The position numbers and the translations under genes are program-made. Shown here piece after piece: positions 46,899 through 46,963 of a stretch of DNA of 46,963 nt. Origin of the DNA: Chromera velia. Taxonomy: Eukaryota. The notes under the pieces are model-generated. The model made no database searches, was not told the origin of the DNA, and worked only from the letters and a program-made list of their open reading frames with translations. The DNA lies in assembly GCA_018398765.1 (NCBI GenBank), contig JAHBMJ010000473.1, positions 1 through 46,963 of the forward strand. The letters are read 5' to 3'. Each line of letters begins with the position of its first letter. The stretch's first letter is position 1.

Positions 46899-46963
46899 TT
46901 TTTTTGGCGAAAGACTGCGTGCATGGGCTGGGGTATTTTTGTTTTGTAAGTGCCCCCCGCTTC

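Overview
Eukaryotic, intron-rich, microsatellite-rich sequence. The style (GC-rich multi-exon genes, (GA)n/(CA)n/(GACA)n introns, abundant TGCATGCA) suggests an alveolate, probably a chromerid; this is inference only. GC-rich gene blocks alternate with AT/TpA-rich transposon islands. Four genes were assembled by hand: (1) a 14-exon minus-strand gene (15418-23172) that appears to fuse a signal peptide and a plant/bacterial-type glutaminyl cyclase to a cystinosin-type PQ-loop transporter; (2) PIG-L; (3) a mitochondrial FDX2-type ferredoxin, head-to-head with PIG-L; (4) a ~1650 aa low-complexity hypothetical protein. Mobile DNA includes a foldback/TIR element, a decayed Penelope-like retroelement with an N-terminal GIY-YIG domain (Chlamys-type order), a three-layer nest (TIR element > non-autonomous LTR element > internally deleted chromovirus with CG..CG termini), and a second non-autonomous LTR element inserted in a signal-peptide-bearing ADF/cofilin-like ORF. 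All three LTR pairs differ almost only by C>T/G>A transitions, concentrated at CpA and CpG, a RIP-like signature.
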